From positions 186,001-250,000 of the forward strand of contig CBFFRP010000146.1 of assembly GCA_965644295.1 (NCBI GenBank): a DNA stretch of 64,000 bases, given 5' to 3'. The position numbers and the translations under genes are program-made. The stretch is from Paraphysomonas bandaiensis. Its lineage: Eukaryota > Protista > Chrysophyceae. The number at the start of each line of letters is the position of its first letter. Position 1 is the stretch's first letter. The notes beneath the pieces are model-generated. The model ran no database searches, was not told where the DNA came from, and was given only the letters and a program-made list of their open reading frames with translations. Shown here piece by piece: positions 36,851 through 49,500 of the stretch.

Positions 36851-39100
36851 TTATCCTACTATTTAGCGCTACAGAAGCTGCTTGTGCGTCGCCGCAAGCA
36901 CCAAAGTGCAACCACTTCCGTTCTTAATGTTGTTTGTGAGTTTTGCCCTGCTCGTGTGTCTTTGGACTCACTGGCGCGTGTTGTCTGGGGGTCTCCCTTT
37001 GGGATACGGTTCCAACAGGCTCTGTGGTACAGGGTTCTGCAGTAAGGTCCGAAGTGTACCGAGCACTAGATGTGAGTGCTGAGAGGTGAGTGGTGTGGTG
37101 GAAGGTGGCGTTGTCTCCGTGCATCGTTTGGGCGTCAGGCATAGGTGGAGTTGCCGGAGACGGCGTCTTTGTCTAGGACCTGATGGTTTCATGCGATCCG
37201 GTGCTTTATTCCTGCGCGTATGAGAGGTGGGGTTCGTGTTATAGCGGTGGATGGTATTCCAGTCACTGGTCGTCTTTGGACTCCTAGTAATCGTAGCACC
37301 CTTGGGCGTTTCCATTTATTTCTGTTTATGTCTTGGACGCGTCGCGGGAGTAGCCTACTAGGGGGTCCTTTGTGTGAGGTAATGTATCTTCGACTTCGAT
37401 CCTGGATCATTAGTTTTGCTGCAGCGAAAAGCGGTAGAAGCAGGCTGATGAGCGCTGTTTCAATGTTGCGCAGACCTTGGGGTGTCAAGGGCTCATGGAT
37501 GTGATCTCCAAAAATCGTCTCGAATTGTGCAGTGGTGATGATGATACCTGTCCAGAATCTCTCCACCTGTGGCACAGAGGGGTTCCAGGCCCTACTTGAG
37601 AGTTTCTCTGTAGCGCAGTGGTGGTCCAGTGGGGTAGGACCGGATTTCTCAGTACCTCTTGAAGCGCGTTTTTGTGGCTGTGAATGCCGATTCCCTTATC
37701 TGTGATGGCGTCATTTGTGCAGTCTAGGCACATACATGTGCTTGAGGGAGTCTAGTCTAAATCCGCAGTCAGAACAAACTGCTTTTTGGTCAGGTCTAGT
37801 CCGTGTTTAGTTTTAGTCCGGTTTCTTCCTATGCTGAAGGATTTGTCCCACGTCAATGCTGCATTGAGCACTCGTTGGCGTAGGTGAGAGCTATCTTTGC
37901 CACCATCTGCTTGTGCCAGTTTGCGCGGGATTAGTGCCCCGCTGTCTGTCCAATATCTATGTGCCCGGTCAGGATTATTGTGACCGTAGTGTTGATCTCT
38001 GTATGCAGTGTAGGACTCCCGCGTCCGTTGACTGCGGAGGGAATGGATCTCCGTGAGTAGGGGGCTTGTACGAAATGGCCGTCTTTCCCCTGATAGGCGC
38101 CAGTGCCTTATAAGCCCGCCGTGAGTATTCGCTCAATGGCGTGGTCCACTTTTCTATGGTACAAACAGTGTAATTTTGTCGGCCCAGTAGGCGATCAACC
38201 TCAAGCCAGTCCTCTCCGGCTATTGCGTCTGCAATGTAAAAATGCCTTTGTCTTCGTATGTCCATTCAGATTCATCAGTGGTGCGTCGTTCCGGGTGTGA
38301 TCAAACCCATGCTACTTTCCTTATACATTCTGTGGTTGCTGCGATACTTTCGAGCAGGACACCTTTGGCACGATGTCCCAGGGCTCGACGTCCGGTGGAA
38401 AGTGCCTCTTCCGTGCGGATGCATACGGCCTTACAGTCTGTGTTAATCGGTATGTGTGCAGGGAGCCGCGCAGATAGTATACGTGCCATTGTAGCGCCCA
38501 TGAGTTCGTACGCATACGGTCCAAGTCCAGGTACGTCGCTGAAGTGTGTCTCTAAGCGCAGGATTTTGTAGTTCCGGCCTGCCATTCATCCTCCGGGAGT
38601 AGCCAGACAACCGCCGCCCCTCCGTGATGTGTCCATCTTAGGCGTAAGTGCACATGTGTGATGTGGCGCGGGGAGAGGACTGCAGGCGTGTATGATCCGT
38701 CTGTGAAGATTTCTTGTGGTAAGTATCCGAGTCGGCATCATCAAGTCCTAATGTGCGTATAATGTTGGTCAGAGTGTGTGCATCTTGAGGTTCAGGGAGT
38801 TCAGGCCGTAGGAGTGTGAGGCCGACCTCAGTACCCCATTCCCTTAAGCTTAAGGCAAAGTGGTGGTAGTTTGGGTGCGGAGCAATTGTCTGTGTAAGGA
38901 GGAAGTGCGCTGCGTCACCTGCATCCCCTCCTAGTGTTAGGGCACGTTGTAGGGAGCCCCATTTTTGTTCTTGAGCAGAGTCTGAGAAGCGTTTCATTCC
39001 TAGTACATATTATGCTTAAGATATTACATATATATGCCAGTTTTGGAAGGCTACCAATAGTAGAAAGGGTTCCAATTTGTGCTATTAATGTTACAGATTC
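36851..39100 (-). mobile_element. 5'-truncated, frameshifted non-LTR retrotransposon (RT thumb, RNase H, CCHC zinc finger, 3' UTR)
   Basis: Minus-strand fragments: PKLAY...LLRLCSRTKMGLP (thumb-like); RNase H motifs EIFTDGS (~38700), AYELMG, INTDCKAV, WV*SHPE, KGIF.IADAIA; CSDCGFRLDSLKH (zf-RVT-like, ~37740-37777). Confidence 0.8.
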
Positions 39101-39390
39101 TACGGCTCCACCTCGTACCATCTTTCCCTCGGAACACTATCCTCCCATCTCCATACTCCATAACTCTGACGCTCCCTTAAACGTCGCGGACCCCTGCCCC
39201 AAAGGGCGTGGCGTGGTGAGTGACAGAGCGAAAGTGGTTGCACCTTGGTGCTTGCGGTGGCACACAAGCAGCTTTCGTAGCGCAAAACAATAGGATAAGC
39301 ACTAGTTAGTTAAATTGCTTTGCTACACTAGTTCTAACTCTTACATCTTACACACCTATATTGCTAATAATCAGATATTCACTACATATA
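39101..39390 (+). mobile_element. Oppositely oriented 3'-end fragment of a related retroelement copy
   Basis: 39226-39298 is the imperfect reverse complement of 36851-36925; its translation DPCPKGR parallels EPYPKGR at the C-terminus of the minus-strand copy. Confidence 0.75.
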
Positions 39391-39825
39391 GATGTTCATT
39401 AGACGCTACGTAAATAACGTGTTGAAAGTGAATATCTGAGAATTAAGAACTGTGGTAACTAAGCAAGTTCAAGATTTACGAAGTGAAAGTTTAGATTCAG
39501 TGATATTTTGAAATATAGATATTGTTGGAGAAATATATGAAAGTTGTGATATATTTATCCAGTTAATGAACAAAAGGTGATAACAAAATGCTAAATGCTA
39601 AATCTAAGAGTTTATTCTTAAGTACATTACATGCAATCAGATAATTTGATTTACATACATTCGTGCACCTTCTCCACCATATACTAATACTACTAATACA
39701 GTGTATGCGAACGTGGGTTCCAGCTCTTCTTCCTACGAGGGGCTGTACTAGGGCGTCTGTTTAAGACCCTAAACATACGGATATATACATCAATTATCAA
39801 CAAATATACTACATACGGAAAGGAC

Positions 39826-42777
39826 TTACGACTTATCTGTTTCTGATTTCTTAGGATGCGTTGACGAAAAGTTCATACTGGCTTTCACGAAGTTGTCAAA
39901 GTCTTCAGCGCTGTCAATGTAATCACTCTCTCTTCCGTTTCGTACGGTCTCTCGTAATGCATCAGGTGACCTCAAGCGAGTATCCTCCCTTCCAGTCGGA
40001 AAAGAATCTTTCGCACTTAAGTCAAGTGTAGGTACGCTGCCAGGTTTAGGGGTTCCTTTCTTTTCGATGTGTCTCGAATCTGGAAAACTAGGAATGTAGA
40101 TCTCAGGGCGATGATGTCCATTTTTCGACAAACCATTGATATAATCGATAATTTTCTTGAATGTGTCTGCAATTCGCTGACCCCGCTCACTGGAATCTTT
40201 TTGAATGTCATCGAACTGTTCTCGACACTCGTCAGCCAATGTCGACAATTTTCTGTCCACCTCACGTACAAATCGCTTAATTTTGTCCATTTCGTCCACA
40301 GACACATTACCAGTGCTATTTGTGGATGATGTTTTATCTTTGTGTTGTTCAAGGTAACGCTTCATCGCATCCTCCACAAGTGTGCCTACATCAGAAAAAT
40401 CTCCTCTCTTTTTGAGTAGTTTTTGTAGACTCGTATGGTGATCAACATTTACAGTGTGCTGCAAGGCATTCATATCACTGCGAATAGCATCGACGAGAGC
40501 TCGCTGTTTCTTTCGGTCCTCTTCCTGATATGATAGCTTGCTCTGGATGCTGGTCACAGTATGTTCAACTTGACTAAGCTTACTCCGCAGACCACCGGTG
40601 TCCCCACCTCCTCCTCTATCTTCTCCAGTGCTTTTTCCTTCAAGTGCAGAGAGTCGAACACCATGCTCCCCTACCGTTGAACTCGTAGCCTGAGATGAGC
40701 TCTTCAATTCTGCTAACTCATCATCATGATTGCCCAGATGGACGCCAACAGCTTTAAATTTCTTGTCTGTCTTGGTTTTGAACCCCTCAAGGGCGTCTCT
40801 ACATTCACTTGCAACAAGACTACACAAGTTTTTCAGAGCTTCAATATCAGACACGCTTGGCACTCCTTCCTTGCTTACTGCATCAAATATAATATCGTGA
40901 ATATCTTGATTGTTCATCTTACTCTCGGCCAGGAATTGAAGTTGTGTTTTGTGCTCAACAGTTACAATCTGTTTTAGCTCTGTTATTTCGTGACTGATCT
41001 CGTCGTTGCTTTTCAACGCTTTGTGGTGAGCGTCTTTTAGTCTATCGACTATATGCTTTACTTTCGTGCCATTTTCTTCTAGTTTCGTTACTCTATCGGC
41101 TAACCCACCATTATTATCAGAAGGAGACAAGTCAGGAAGACCCATTTTGCGTTCCTTCTCGACACAAGCAGGGCACTGCCTTTTACATCTCCTGTAGCTT
41201 AGAAGCAACAATGGATCGGAGGTTGGTACATCCCCTCCTCCACTGCTGGGAGGGCGGTTGTCATCACAGTCGCATGGCGGTAAACTATTCTCAACGTATT
41301 TTGCTATACTTTTCAACCCAGACCGTGTATCAGTTTGAACCGTCTCCAGCGCCCTGTGGAATTCTTCCACTAGAAGACGCATACGTCTCTCTAGCTCTTT
41401 GGCTACATCTGATACTCGTTTGGAGTCTTCCCCAAAATCTAGACCAGGAGAAGGAGACTGAGAAGGGGAAAGATCGGGTACATGCTTATTAAGTGCCGCA
41501 CTAATGATTTGCTTAACACCTGCAGTGTCCACATAATGCGCCTCTATTCGTCCTATAGAATTGGCGTGATCCTGGTTTACAGTGTGCTGCAATGCACTGA
41601 TGTTTGTCTTCAGCTCGTTGAGAGAGGAGGTAACCTCTGCGGCATGAAGTAAATTAGTGTCGTGATCGTACCGATATTCTAGTTTTCCGATATCCCTTTT
41701 CGTCTCGTCCATCCCCTCCCGTATTCGGGCGATATCATCTTCGAGATGCTCTTGTGTGACTTTTAGCCTAAGATATTGCGCCTCCATATCTCCTGCCTTA
41801 GCTCTGTTTGACGCACACTGATTTTCTACTCGCACAAGGCGGTCATGATCGGTATCCAATCGACTTAAACGCGATTCCATGGACGCCAGACGTGTGGCTG
41901 CATTTACAGTATCTGCGCTGGCTTGTCCGTTTGATGGTTGCATGGGAGTTCCCATGGGATGCGCAAGCGTTCGACTATTAAGGTCCTTTATGTCAGCGTC
42001 ATGTCCATCTAACCGTGTAATACAGCCTTGTATTCCACCTTCACATTCTTGGCGTAACTGTTTTCCAAGTTCTCGAGTTTCTTCCACGACTGAATTTACC
42101 ATATTCTCCATCGTACTTACATCACCTCTAGTCGGCACACTCATTCCATCAAGCGTGTGACGTATCATGTCTGAAAGGTCAACATTGTCCATCTTACGAT
42201 GCCACAAGCCCTTTATTGAGTCTTCGTGGTCAACGTTAACAGTTCTCTTCAAATTATCAGCCTCGCGTCGTAGAAAATCAATCTGGCCACTTAGCTTCCG
42301 TAGATCACCCCTCATTTCATCCATATTGTGATTGTCTTTTCTTTGCTGGTTCTCCAAATGAGCAACTCTACCCAGTATATTCGTATCATCACCATAAAAA
42401 CTAGCGAGTTTACGTTCAACAACCGATAGCCTCTCTGTCTGTTCGGCGTCAATTATGGGACGATTCTCTAAAGCTTCAATTTGAGTGTCGTGAGCCGCAA
42501 TGCGTGAGTTGAGTTCAGCTACTGCATTTCCTCGTAACTGCTCTTCTAAAGCGGCAATTCTCTCTTCATACTGGACATTCAGTGACGATACTTCTTCTTC
42601 ACGCTTCTTCATATCGGAAATAACTTGAGCTTGCTGGCCTGCAACCGTGTGAAGCGCCTGTAATTGCTGCTGAACTGTCGTCAGGACATCATGTATAGGG
42701 AAACCATCCATTGTAATGGTTGCTGGTGCCGGAATCTTGGCGGTGGGCCAGTCTCGATCCAGCAAAGACGTGTCCAT
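39826..42777 (-). CDS. Large coiled-coil protein (~983 aa) with four internal repeats, function unknown
   Basis: Long intronless ORF with heptad character and a recurring LxxTVNxDHxxSxxxL motif; ATG at 42777 inferred. Confidence 0.85.
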   Translation of the reverse strand: MDTSLLDRDWPTAKIPAPATITMDGFPIHDVLTTVQQQLQALHTVAGQQAQVISDMKKREEEVSSLNVQYEERIAALEEQLRGNAVAELNSRIAAHDTQIEALENRPIIDAEQTERLSVVERKLASFYGDDTNILGRVAHLENQQRKDNHNMDEMRGDLRKLSGQIDFLRREADNLKRTVNVDHEDSIKGLWHRKMDNVDLSDMIRHTLDGMSVPTRGDVSTMENMVNSVVEETRELGKQLRQECEGGIQGCITRLDGHDADIKDLNSRTLAHPMGTPMQPSNGQASADTVNAATRLASMESRLSRLDTDHDRLVRVENQCASNRAKAGDMEAQYLRLKVTQEHLEDDIARIREGMDETKRDIGKLEYRYDHDTNLLHAAEVTSSLNELKTNISALQHTVNQDHANSIGRIEAHYVDTAGVKQIISAALNKHVPDLSPSQSPSPGLDFGEDSKRVSDVAKELERRMRLLVEEFHRALETVQTDTRSGLKSIAKYVENSLPPCDCDDNRPPSSGGGDVPTSDPLLLLSYRRCKRQCPACVEKERKMGLPDLSPSDNNGGLADRVTKLEENGTKVKHIVDRLKDAHHKALKSNDEISHEITELKQIVTVEHKTQLQFLAESKMNNQDIHDIIFDAVSKEGVPSVSDIEALKNLCSLVASECRDALEGFKTKTDKKFKAVGVHLGNHDDELAELKSSSQATSSTVGEHGVRLSALEGKSTGEDRGGGGDTGGLRSKLSQVEHTVTSIQSKLSYQEEDRKKQRALVDAIRSDMNALQHTVNVDHHTSLQKLLKKRGDFSDVGTLVEDAMKRYLEQHKDKTSSTNSTGNVSVDEMDKIKRFVREVDRKLSTLADECREQFDDIQKDSSERGQRIADTFKKIIDYINGLSKNGHHRPEIYIPSFPDSRHIEKKGTPKPGSVPTLDLSAKDSFPTGREDTRLRSPDALRETVRNGRESDYIDSAEDFDNFVKASMNFSSTHPKKSETDKS

Positions 42778-43225
42778 TTCTCCTGTAGTCAAGGAATAGT
42801 CTCTAGTATAATGAGATAAGTATAATTGCTGTTCAACAGTGGACTATTCTGCTGACAGAGCCACGTTATTTCTTGATTTGAGAGAATTCTACTCTACTAA
42901 TTATGATACGAATGAAGTGATACGTTTAATGCTCTATAGTTTCCCACAATCACCGATCTCCACTTAGTGTGCCTTAGCCTAGCAGCATAATCAACGCAGC
43001 AATGGACCGTTAGAAACGAAACGGATGCTATCATATACATCTATCTCCTATCGCCAAAAAAAAACGTATTCCACTGTACTCTACTGTACTCCATAGTTGT
43101 AGTTCAACAATATTATACAGCACTGTATACGAAGTGGTATATACATCACCAGCAGCAGTCTGCAGGGGTCAATGAGTCACTTCATCTACTGTATAGTCTA
43201 TAGCAGAGTACAGTATATACTGTAG

Positions 43226-43228
<3 letters not shown>

Positions 43229-43258
<30 letters not shown>

Positions 43259-43400
43259 TGTATGTATGTATGTATGTATGTATGTATGTATGTATGTATG
43301 TATGTATGTATGTATGTATGTATGTATGTATGTATGTATGTATGTATGTATGTATGTATGTATGTATGTATGTATGTATGTATGTATGTATGTATGTATG
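43229..43400. repeat. (TATG)43 microsatellite in a divergent promoter
   Basis: Perfect tetranucleotide run. Confidence 0.98.
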
Positions 43401-43536
43401 TACATGGATGTCTATAGCGAGTCTGAGTCATTGTACAGACTAAACATTCACATATATATATACCATCAAGTATATATACTTCCATCACATGTCATAAACT
43501 CCCATCAATATACCATACGTCAATCATCATTGTGGT

Positions 43537-46500
43537 ATGAGTGAGGAGTCAGATAGTGTGGTGGGACTGCTTCATGAAGAGGGAGTCCCCTCTCAGCTTA
43601 TTAGTAAACTTCAGGAAGAAGAAATGACTGATTTTGATAATTTAGAGGAATTAATTAGCTGGACACCGAAAGATATTGCCTCGGCATTGAATGTTCCTAT
43701 TGGTTTAGTGATGCCAAATAAGTTTGCGAAACGTGTGAAGCGTGTGATAGACAGAGGCAGGGGAGGGAGAGGGGGGAATAGCATAGAGGAGGCATCTGTG
43801 AATGATACCGAAGAGAACGTGGTGGAAACTTCATTGCCAATTAGAGATGAACCAAAAGAAGATTTAAAAACTTGTGCTGCTGAGTCTGATTTGCCTAAGG
43901 CACCTGATGAACGAAAGATGCAGCCCCCCACGCCACCACCGCCAGCTCCCATGCCTCCTCCACAACCTACTTTGCTATCACAGCTGGAATCATGGTTAGC
44001 TAGGGATTGCAAACTTGATACATCAACATCTGCCATGATTGCTCAATCCTTGAACGAGTCTAGGGGTGTCACCACCAGAGACCAACTAGCGGCCAACCTT
44101 GATGAGCGTCCGGATTTTCTCTCCACGGAATTGCATCTGAGCTCCGAGTGCGTTATTGCCATCAAGCGATGCTTAGCTGAAGAGAGTATGCATTCTCAGC
44201 AGAGAGTATCTGGGATGCGGCGCGATCTAAAGCGACAAATGACCGAAAGTTCCATTGAGACTGGTGATGAACCAAAGGACTCTGTTGCGAAAATCGCAAT
44301 GTCATTTTACAAGAGCTCTTTGAACCGAGAGGTGGTTTCATTTAACCCATCCGGGGCGGTTAACGTATCCTGTTTGCGATTTCTCTGGCAAGAAAATTTT
44401 CGCTTTGCTGAAGAGGTGCCAACTCGTCAACTGCTGCGGGTGGTGGTGAGGGACATTGTGTCCTCTGGGCAGCTGGGATCTCGAACGGAAGCTAAGGCTG
44501 CAACGAATACGCTACTAGGTGTGCTGAATCGTCTGGATATAACCAAAAGCGGGCGTATAAGCATGCTCTCTCTGTGCATAGCTATTCGATCCGTCGCTCC
44601 ACTGGACCTTTCCTTATTAGAAGCCGTCCAGCAAGTGCAGAATTGCTGCGCTACTGCTACTGCTCCTGGTCCACCGAAGCGGTTCGTACTTCCCCCACTG
44701 CCTCCAACCTACTTCCCTGTTGGCATTGACGAGCTTCAGGGGTCATTGTCTACTCCAGGCTGGACAGTAATCAGCGGTGAGGAGAGTGTTGGCAAATCGA
44801 CCAGGCTCCTGGCTGTATGCCACGCCATGTCCCGAAACAGAGAAGTAATGTGGGTGGATATGCGTGCTGGTGTTGCTACCGAGTCAACAGCCATCTCTTG
44901 CATTGCGTGTGAACTATGCTTAGGCGGACTTGGTTTAGGTGGCGAAAGTCGGGCGGTACTGATGGCACTACGAAAGTTACTCTTATCTCTGGACCAGGGA
45001 AGCGTAGTTGTATTCGACAACCTCAACAGCGATACCGCTTTTTCTTCATGCAACACGATATTTAAAGTGTGCGAGGAAGTGGCAGATAGACTATGTTTTG
45101 TTCTGGTATGCCGCGAAAGAGACCCATTGCCCCCATGTGTACCCTCGCTTTCTTCCCACGATCGTCACATCACGATTGAGCCGCTCTCCACCACGGATGC
45201 TGTACTTATGGCAAAAAGATACTCCGAGACCGCCGCACTGCTGATTGCAGAAGCTTCCTCGCGATTACCGGGATACATAGTAAACTTGGGGGGCTTATCG
45301 CCCTCATATCTTAGGCATGTCGCTGGTGAGGGCGGATCTCACAAGCGCGGTAGCGCCGTTGATCTGCTCCTGCATTCACTCTCAGATCAGGAGAGATTAT
45401 GCGCTGCCTGTCTGTCGCCTCTTCTAGAGGTAGATGCCAGGTGCAGTGACGAGTGTCTTTGGCATCTCTGTCAGCCCTATTTTGATAATAAGGAGGCATG
45501 GGAGAGTGTAATAAGGAAACTTAAAGCTGTAGGATGGCTGTTTCAGTTTACCGATAGTTCAGATGTTAAGGTGGCAATCGCTAAGCTTCCCACCCCTGTT
45601 GAGGGATCTCCGTCAACTTCCCGTCAATTTGACCTATACTATGAGTACTGGGCACGAGAATTGAGTAACATGTTTGCAGCTTTCAAGGGAGACAAGAAAA
45701 TATCGACAGTATATCGGTTCGACCGGTATCGTGCACACTTTACTCGTTTGATAACATGCTGGTTTTCCGCCAATCTACCCCAGGAACCATACGAGCTTGC
45801 GGTTAGTATGGCTGGTAAGGTCGGAACTTTTTGTTTGTATCGAATGTCGGCGAGTACCACTGTCAAAGTGTGCCGAGCACTACTCAATGCCATCGATCAA
45901 GGTAGTATTCAGGCCCGGAAGAGGTCTGTGGCGTATTGGTCGGCGGCTGTTGACCTCAGCCGTGCACTGCATATGAACGGGCAGCTGTTGGAGGCGATGG
46001 AACTGGTACAGCGGACTGTGACTGAGGTGCGTGAGGACCTCAGCAGTGCACACCCAAGCTACACCTACCTGTTAGGAACAGCATGTTGTCTTCTCGGTAC
46101 GGTGTACGGAGAGCTTGGACAAAACGACAATGCCGCCGCGAGTTTCAACGAAAGCATTGACGTCTTTGGTATGGAGCTTGGGTATGGCTTGGATAGCAGA
46201 GATGTGGCCGAGGCAGAGCACGCCCTGGCTAATCTGTACAGAGATATTGGGGATATTGATGGGGCGGAAGTCACTTACCGAAAGAGTTTGGAGGCTTACC
46301 GCGCTATGCACGGTGGAGATGATCCGGACATGGCAGTTGTGATGACAGACCTGGCAGGCCTTTATAAATCCAACGGTGAGGTTGGGAAGGCTGAGGAAAT
46401 GTACCGTGAGGCACTTCGTATTCGACAAGAGTATTTAGGGGAGGAACATATTGATGTGGCTAACAGTCTAAATAATCTGGCTGTATTTTTACATTCAGAG

Positions 46501-49500
46501 GGATCTTTTCCCGAGGCGAGAACACTATACGAGGAGTCTTTGCCATTATATAAAATGATGTATGGAGAGAATCACGCGGATGTGGCTGCCTCAATGAACA
46601 ATCTAGGAGCACTTTATGACGACATGGGAAACTTCAAGGAAGCCCTCCACTATTATGAGGGTGCGCTGGCGATACGTCGAAATGTTTTGGAGCCTAACAA
46701 TGCAGATCTTGCAGCCTCGATTAACAATCTGGCAGCCCTTTTAGACGACCAAGGTGAGCATGAGAGAGCCAAACAGCTCTACACGGAGTCGCTACAGATA
46801 TACCGGGATACTGTGGGAGACGACCATCCGGATGTTGCATCCTCTTTGGTCAACCTTGCGGCGTTGATGGATGACCAGGGTGCATTGGAGGAAGCAGAAA
46901 AACTGTACAGAGAAGCCCTCAAGATTCTGGAAGCGTGTTACGGCAAGAATCATGCTGACATTGCTTCAGTTGTGCTCTGCTTAGCTCATGTCGCCGTTAG
47001 AAAGAAGGATTTTGCAAGGGCTCATGCTCTATTTGAGCGCGCCATAACTGTATACCAGAGTATATATGGAACAGAGCATGTCGCTGTAGCCCAGTCAATG
47101 AATTCCCTGGCCGCGCTGCTGAAGAGCCAGTTCAACTACCAGGAAGCGAAACCGTTGTATGAAGAATCTTTGCGCATTCGAGAAAAAGTGCTTGGTAAAT
47201 TCCACCCTGATGTTGCTGAAAGTCTAAAGAGCTTGGGCATGCTGCTGAAGGCTCAAAGACAGGTAGAAGCAGCGATTGACGTCTATTACGAGGCGTTGGA
47301 AGTAAATAGGAAGGTATACGGCCCTACTCACCAAAACGTTGTGGTTGTTCTAAACCATCTGGCGACCCTTCTCAAGAATCAGAGCAAATTTGACGAAGCC
47401 TGCGAGCTGTTTCGGGAAGCTGTTGCAATAAATAGAGAATTGCACGGCGACCAAAGCTTGGTCGTTGCAGAGAGCTTGTGTAACCTTGGTGTGTCGTTGA
47501 AGAGCAGGAAGGATTATGAGGAGGCTGTAGGTTGTTACGAGGAAGCGATCCAAATTAGAGTTGCGCTATTGGGACGAGACAAGCCCCTTGTCGCGACAAC
47601 TATGCACGATCTAGCTCTGGTGATGTGGGCAATGGGAGACAAGGAACAAGCGAAGAGTCTCTTCGAAGATTCGTTATATATGCGCCGGAGTTTGCTCCCA
47701 GAACGACACCCTCAAATCATTGAGTCGCTGACAACTCTCGCATCGCTCCTGGGTGAGGATGAAAAATACTATATTGAGGCCAAACGTATGTATGAAGATG
47801 CGATCAATATACGCAGCAAAATGATAGGCGCGGACCATCCTGATATTGCTACCTCTCTTTTCAATGTAGCTCACCTTGCTAGAGACACGGGACATTATGG
47901 AGATGCGAAGCCTCTCTTTGACAAGGTACTGCCATTTTAATTGTCTCTGTATGTTTTTATTGCTAACACCGATGTGTTAAGGCCTTGAACATGCGTAGAA
48001 GTATATTCGGTTTGGATAGTGAGGAGGTAGCTGAATGTTACGTTGCTATTGCGGGGGTTCATACATGTCAGCGACACTATCGTGAGGCTCTCTCCTTGTA
48101 CAAGGATGCACTGGATATTCTGGAACGAAAGCATGGGAGGACCAGCAAGGCAGTCGCATTGGTACTCACTGATATGGGAAAGATGCTTCAAATGCAATGC
48201 AAGTTTGATGAGGCACGGGAGCTGTTGGAGGAGGCTCTTGCAACTTTGCGCAAAGTTAATACCGATGGTGAAGTTACTGCTCATGTAGCCCAAGTACTGC
48301 GGCGACTAGCAGCCATCCACGTCTCTCAGCGGAAATTCGAAGTGGCTGTGTATTTGTATGAGGAAGGGATAGAGCTGATGCAGCAGGCACTTGGTCCTGA
48401 ACATCTCGACGTGGCAGAAGTTCTCTCTGAGCTTGCGGAGCTTTATCGCAACGACCAATTCTTTGACGAAGCGCAGGATGCTTACAGTGAAGCTCTGCAG
48501 ATTCGGCGCCAGGCACTCGGCGCACATCATCTGGACGTAGCCCAATCTCTCAACAACCTCGGAGATGTCTACAAACGCATCGCAATGTTCACAGATGCCA
48601 GGAAATGTTTTGAAGAGGCACTGGAGATACGGCGTGCAGCTCTTGGCGAAAACCATCCAGATGTCGCCCAGGCATACCACAACCTGGCTGCACTTCTTGA
48701 TCGGCAAGGAAACTACACTGAAGCCGAGAAGCTGTTTCGCTTGTGTTTAGCACTGCGTAGACGGACCCAGGGTAACCGACATCCAGATGTTGCACAGACT
48801 TTGAATAATTTGGGGGCTATCTTGGATGACCTCGATCGACCGAGTGAAGCGGAGCCTCTGTATCGCGAAGCGCTGGCGATATACAAGGACGCATTCGGGA
48901 ATGAGCACCCTGATGTAGCCCTATCCCTGAACAATTTAGCTGCACTATTGGATGACAAAGGCGACTTCAGCAAAGCTCTTCCACTTTACGAGGAAGCCCT
49001 GTCAATAACGCGGAATATATATGGCAATGAGTCCATGGAAGTTGCTTCAGCGCTGATATGTTTGGCAAACGCCATGAAGAATCTGAATAGGTTCTCCGAA
49101 GCAGAGTCACTTTTCATCCGATGCCTAGCCATCAAGGAGAAAAATCTCGGCGAGAAACACTTGGAGGTTGCAGCGACAAAAGTTTTGTTCGGAGAGCTGT
49201 ATGTGTCAGAGGGAGATATCCATGAGGCAAAGGAGCAATTCCAGGAAGCCATGATGATTCGATCTGAATTACTCGGGGTCGATCACCATGGGGTCTCCTC
49301 ACTTTTGCAAAGGATTGCGGAAATCGACAGTGACGAGATGAAAGGGGAACTCACAGAGACATCACCCTATGCGGGTGTCGAAGCGCTCGTGAAAGATAGA
49401 CAGGTGAAGCTCGGCCATGACCACGAGTCTGTTGCAGATGCTTTGGTGCAACTGTCTAAGGCTTTATTGGAAGATGAAAACTACGGACTTGCAACCGAAA

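Noticed and set aside
38301-38303. In-frame TGA as evidence of an alternative genetic code or selenocysteine
   Set aside because: Occurs only in a frameshifted TE relic; intact genes use TAA, TAG and TGA as normal stops.
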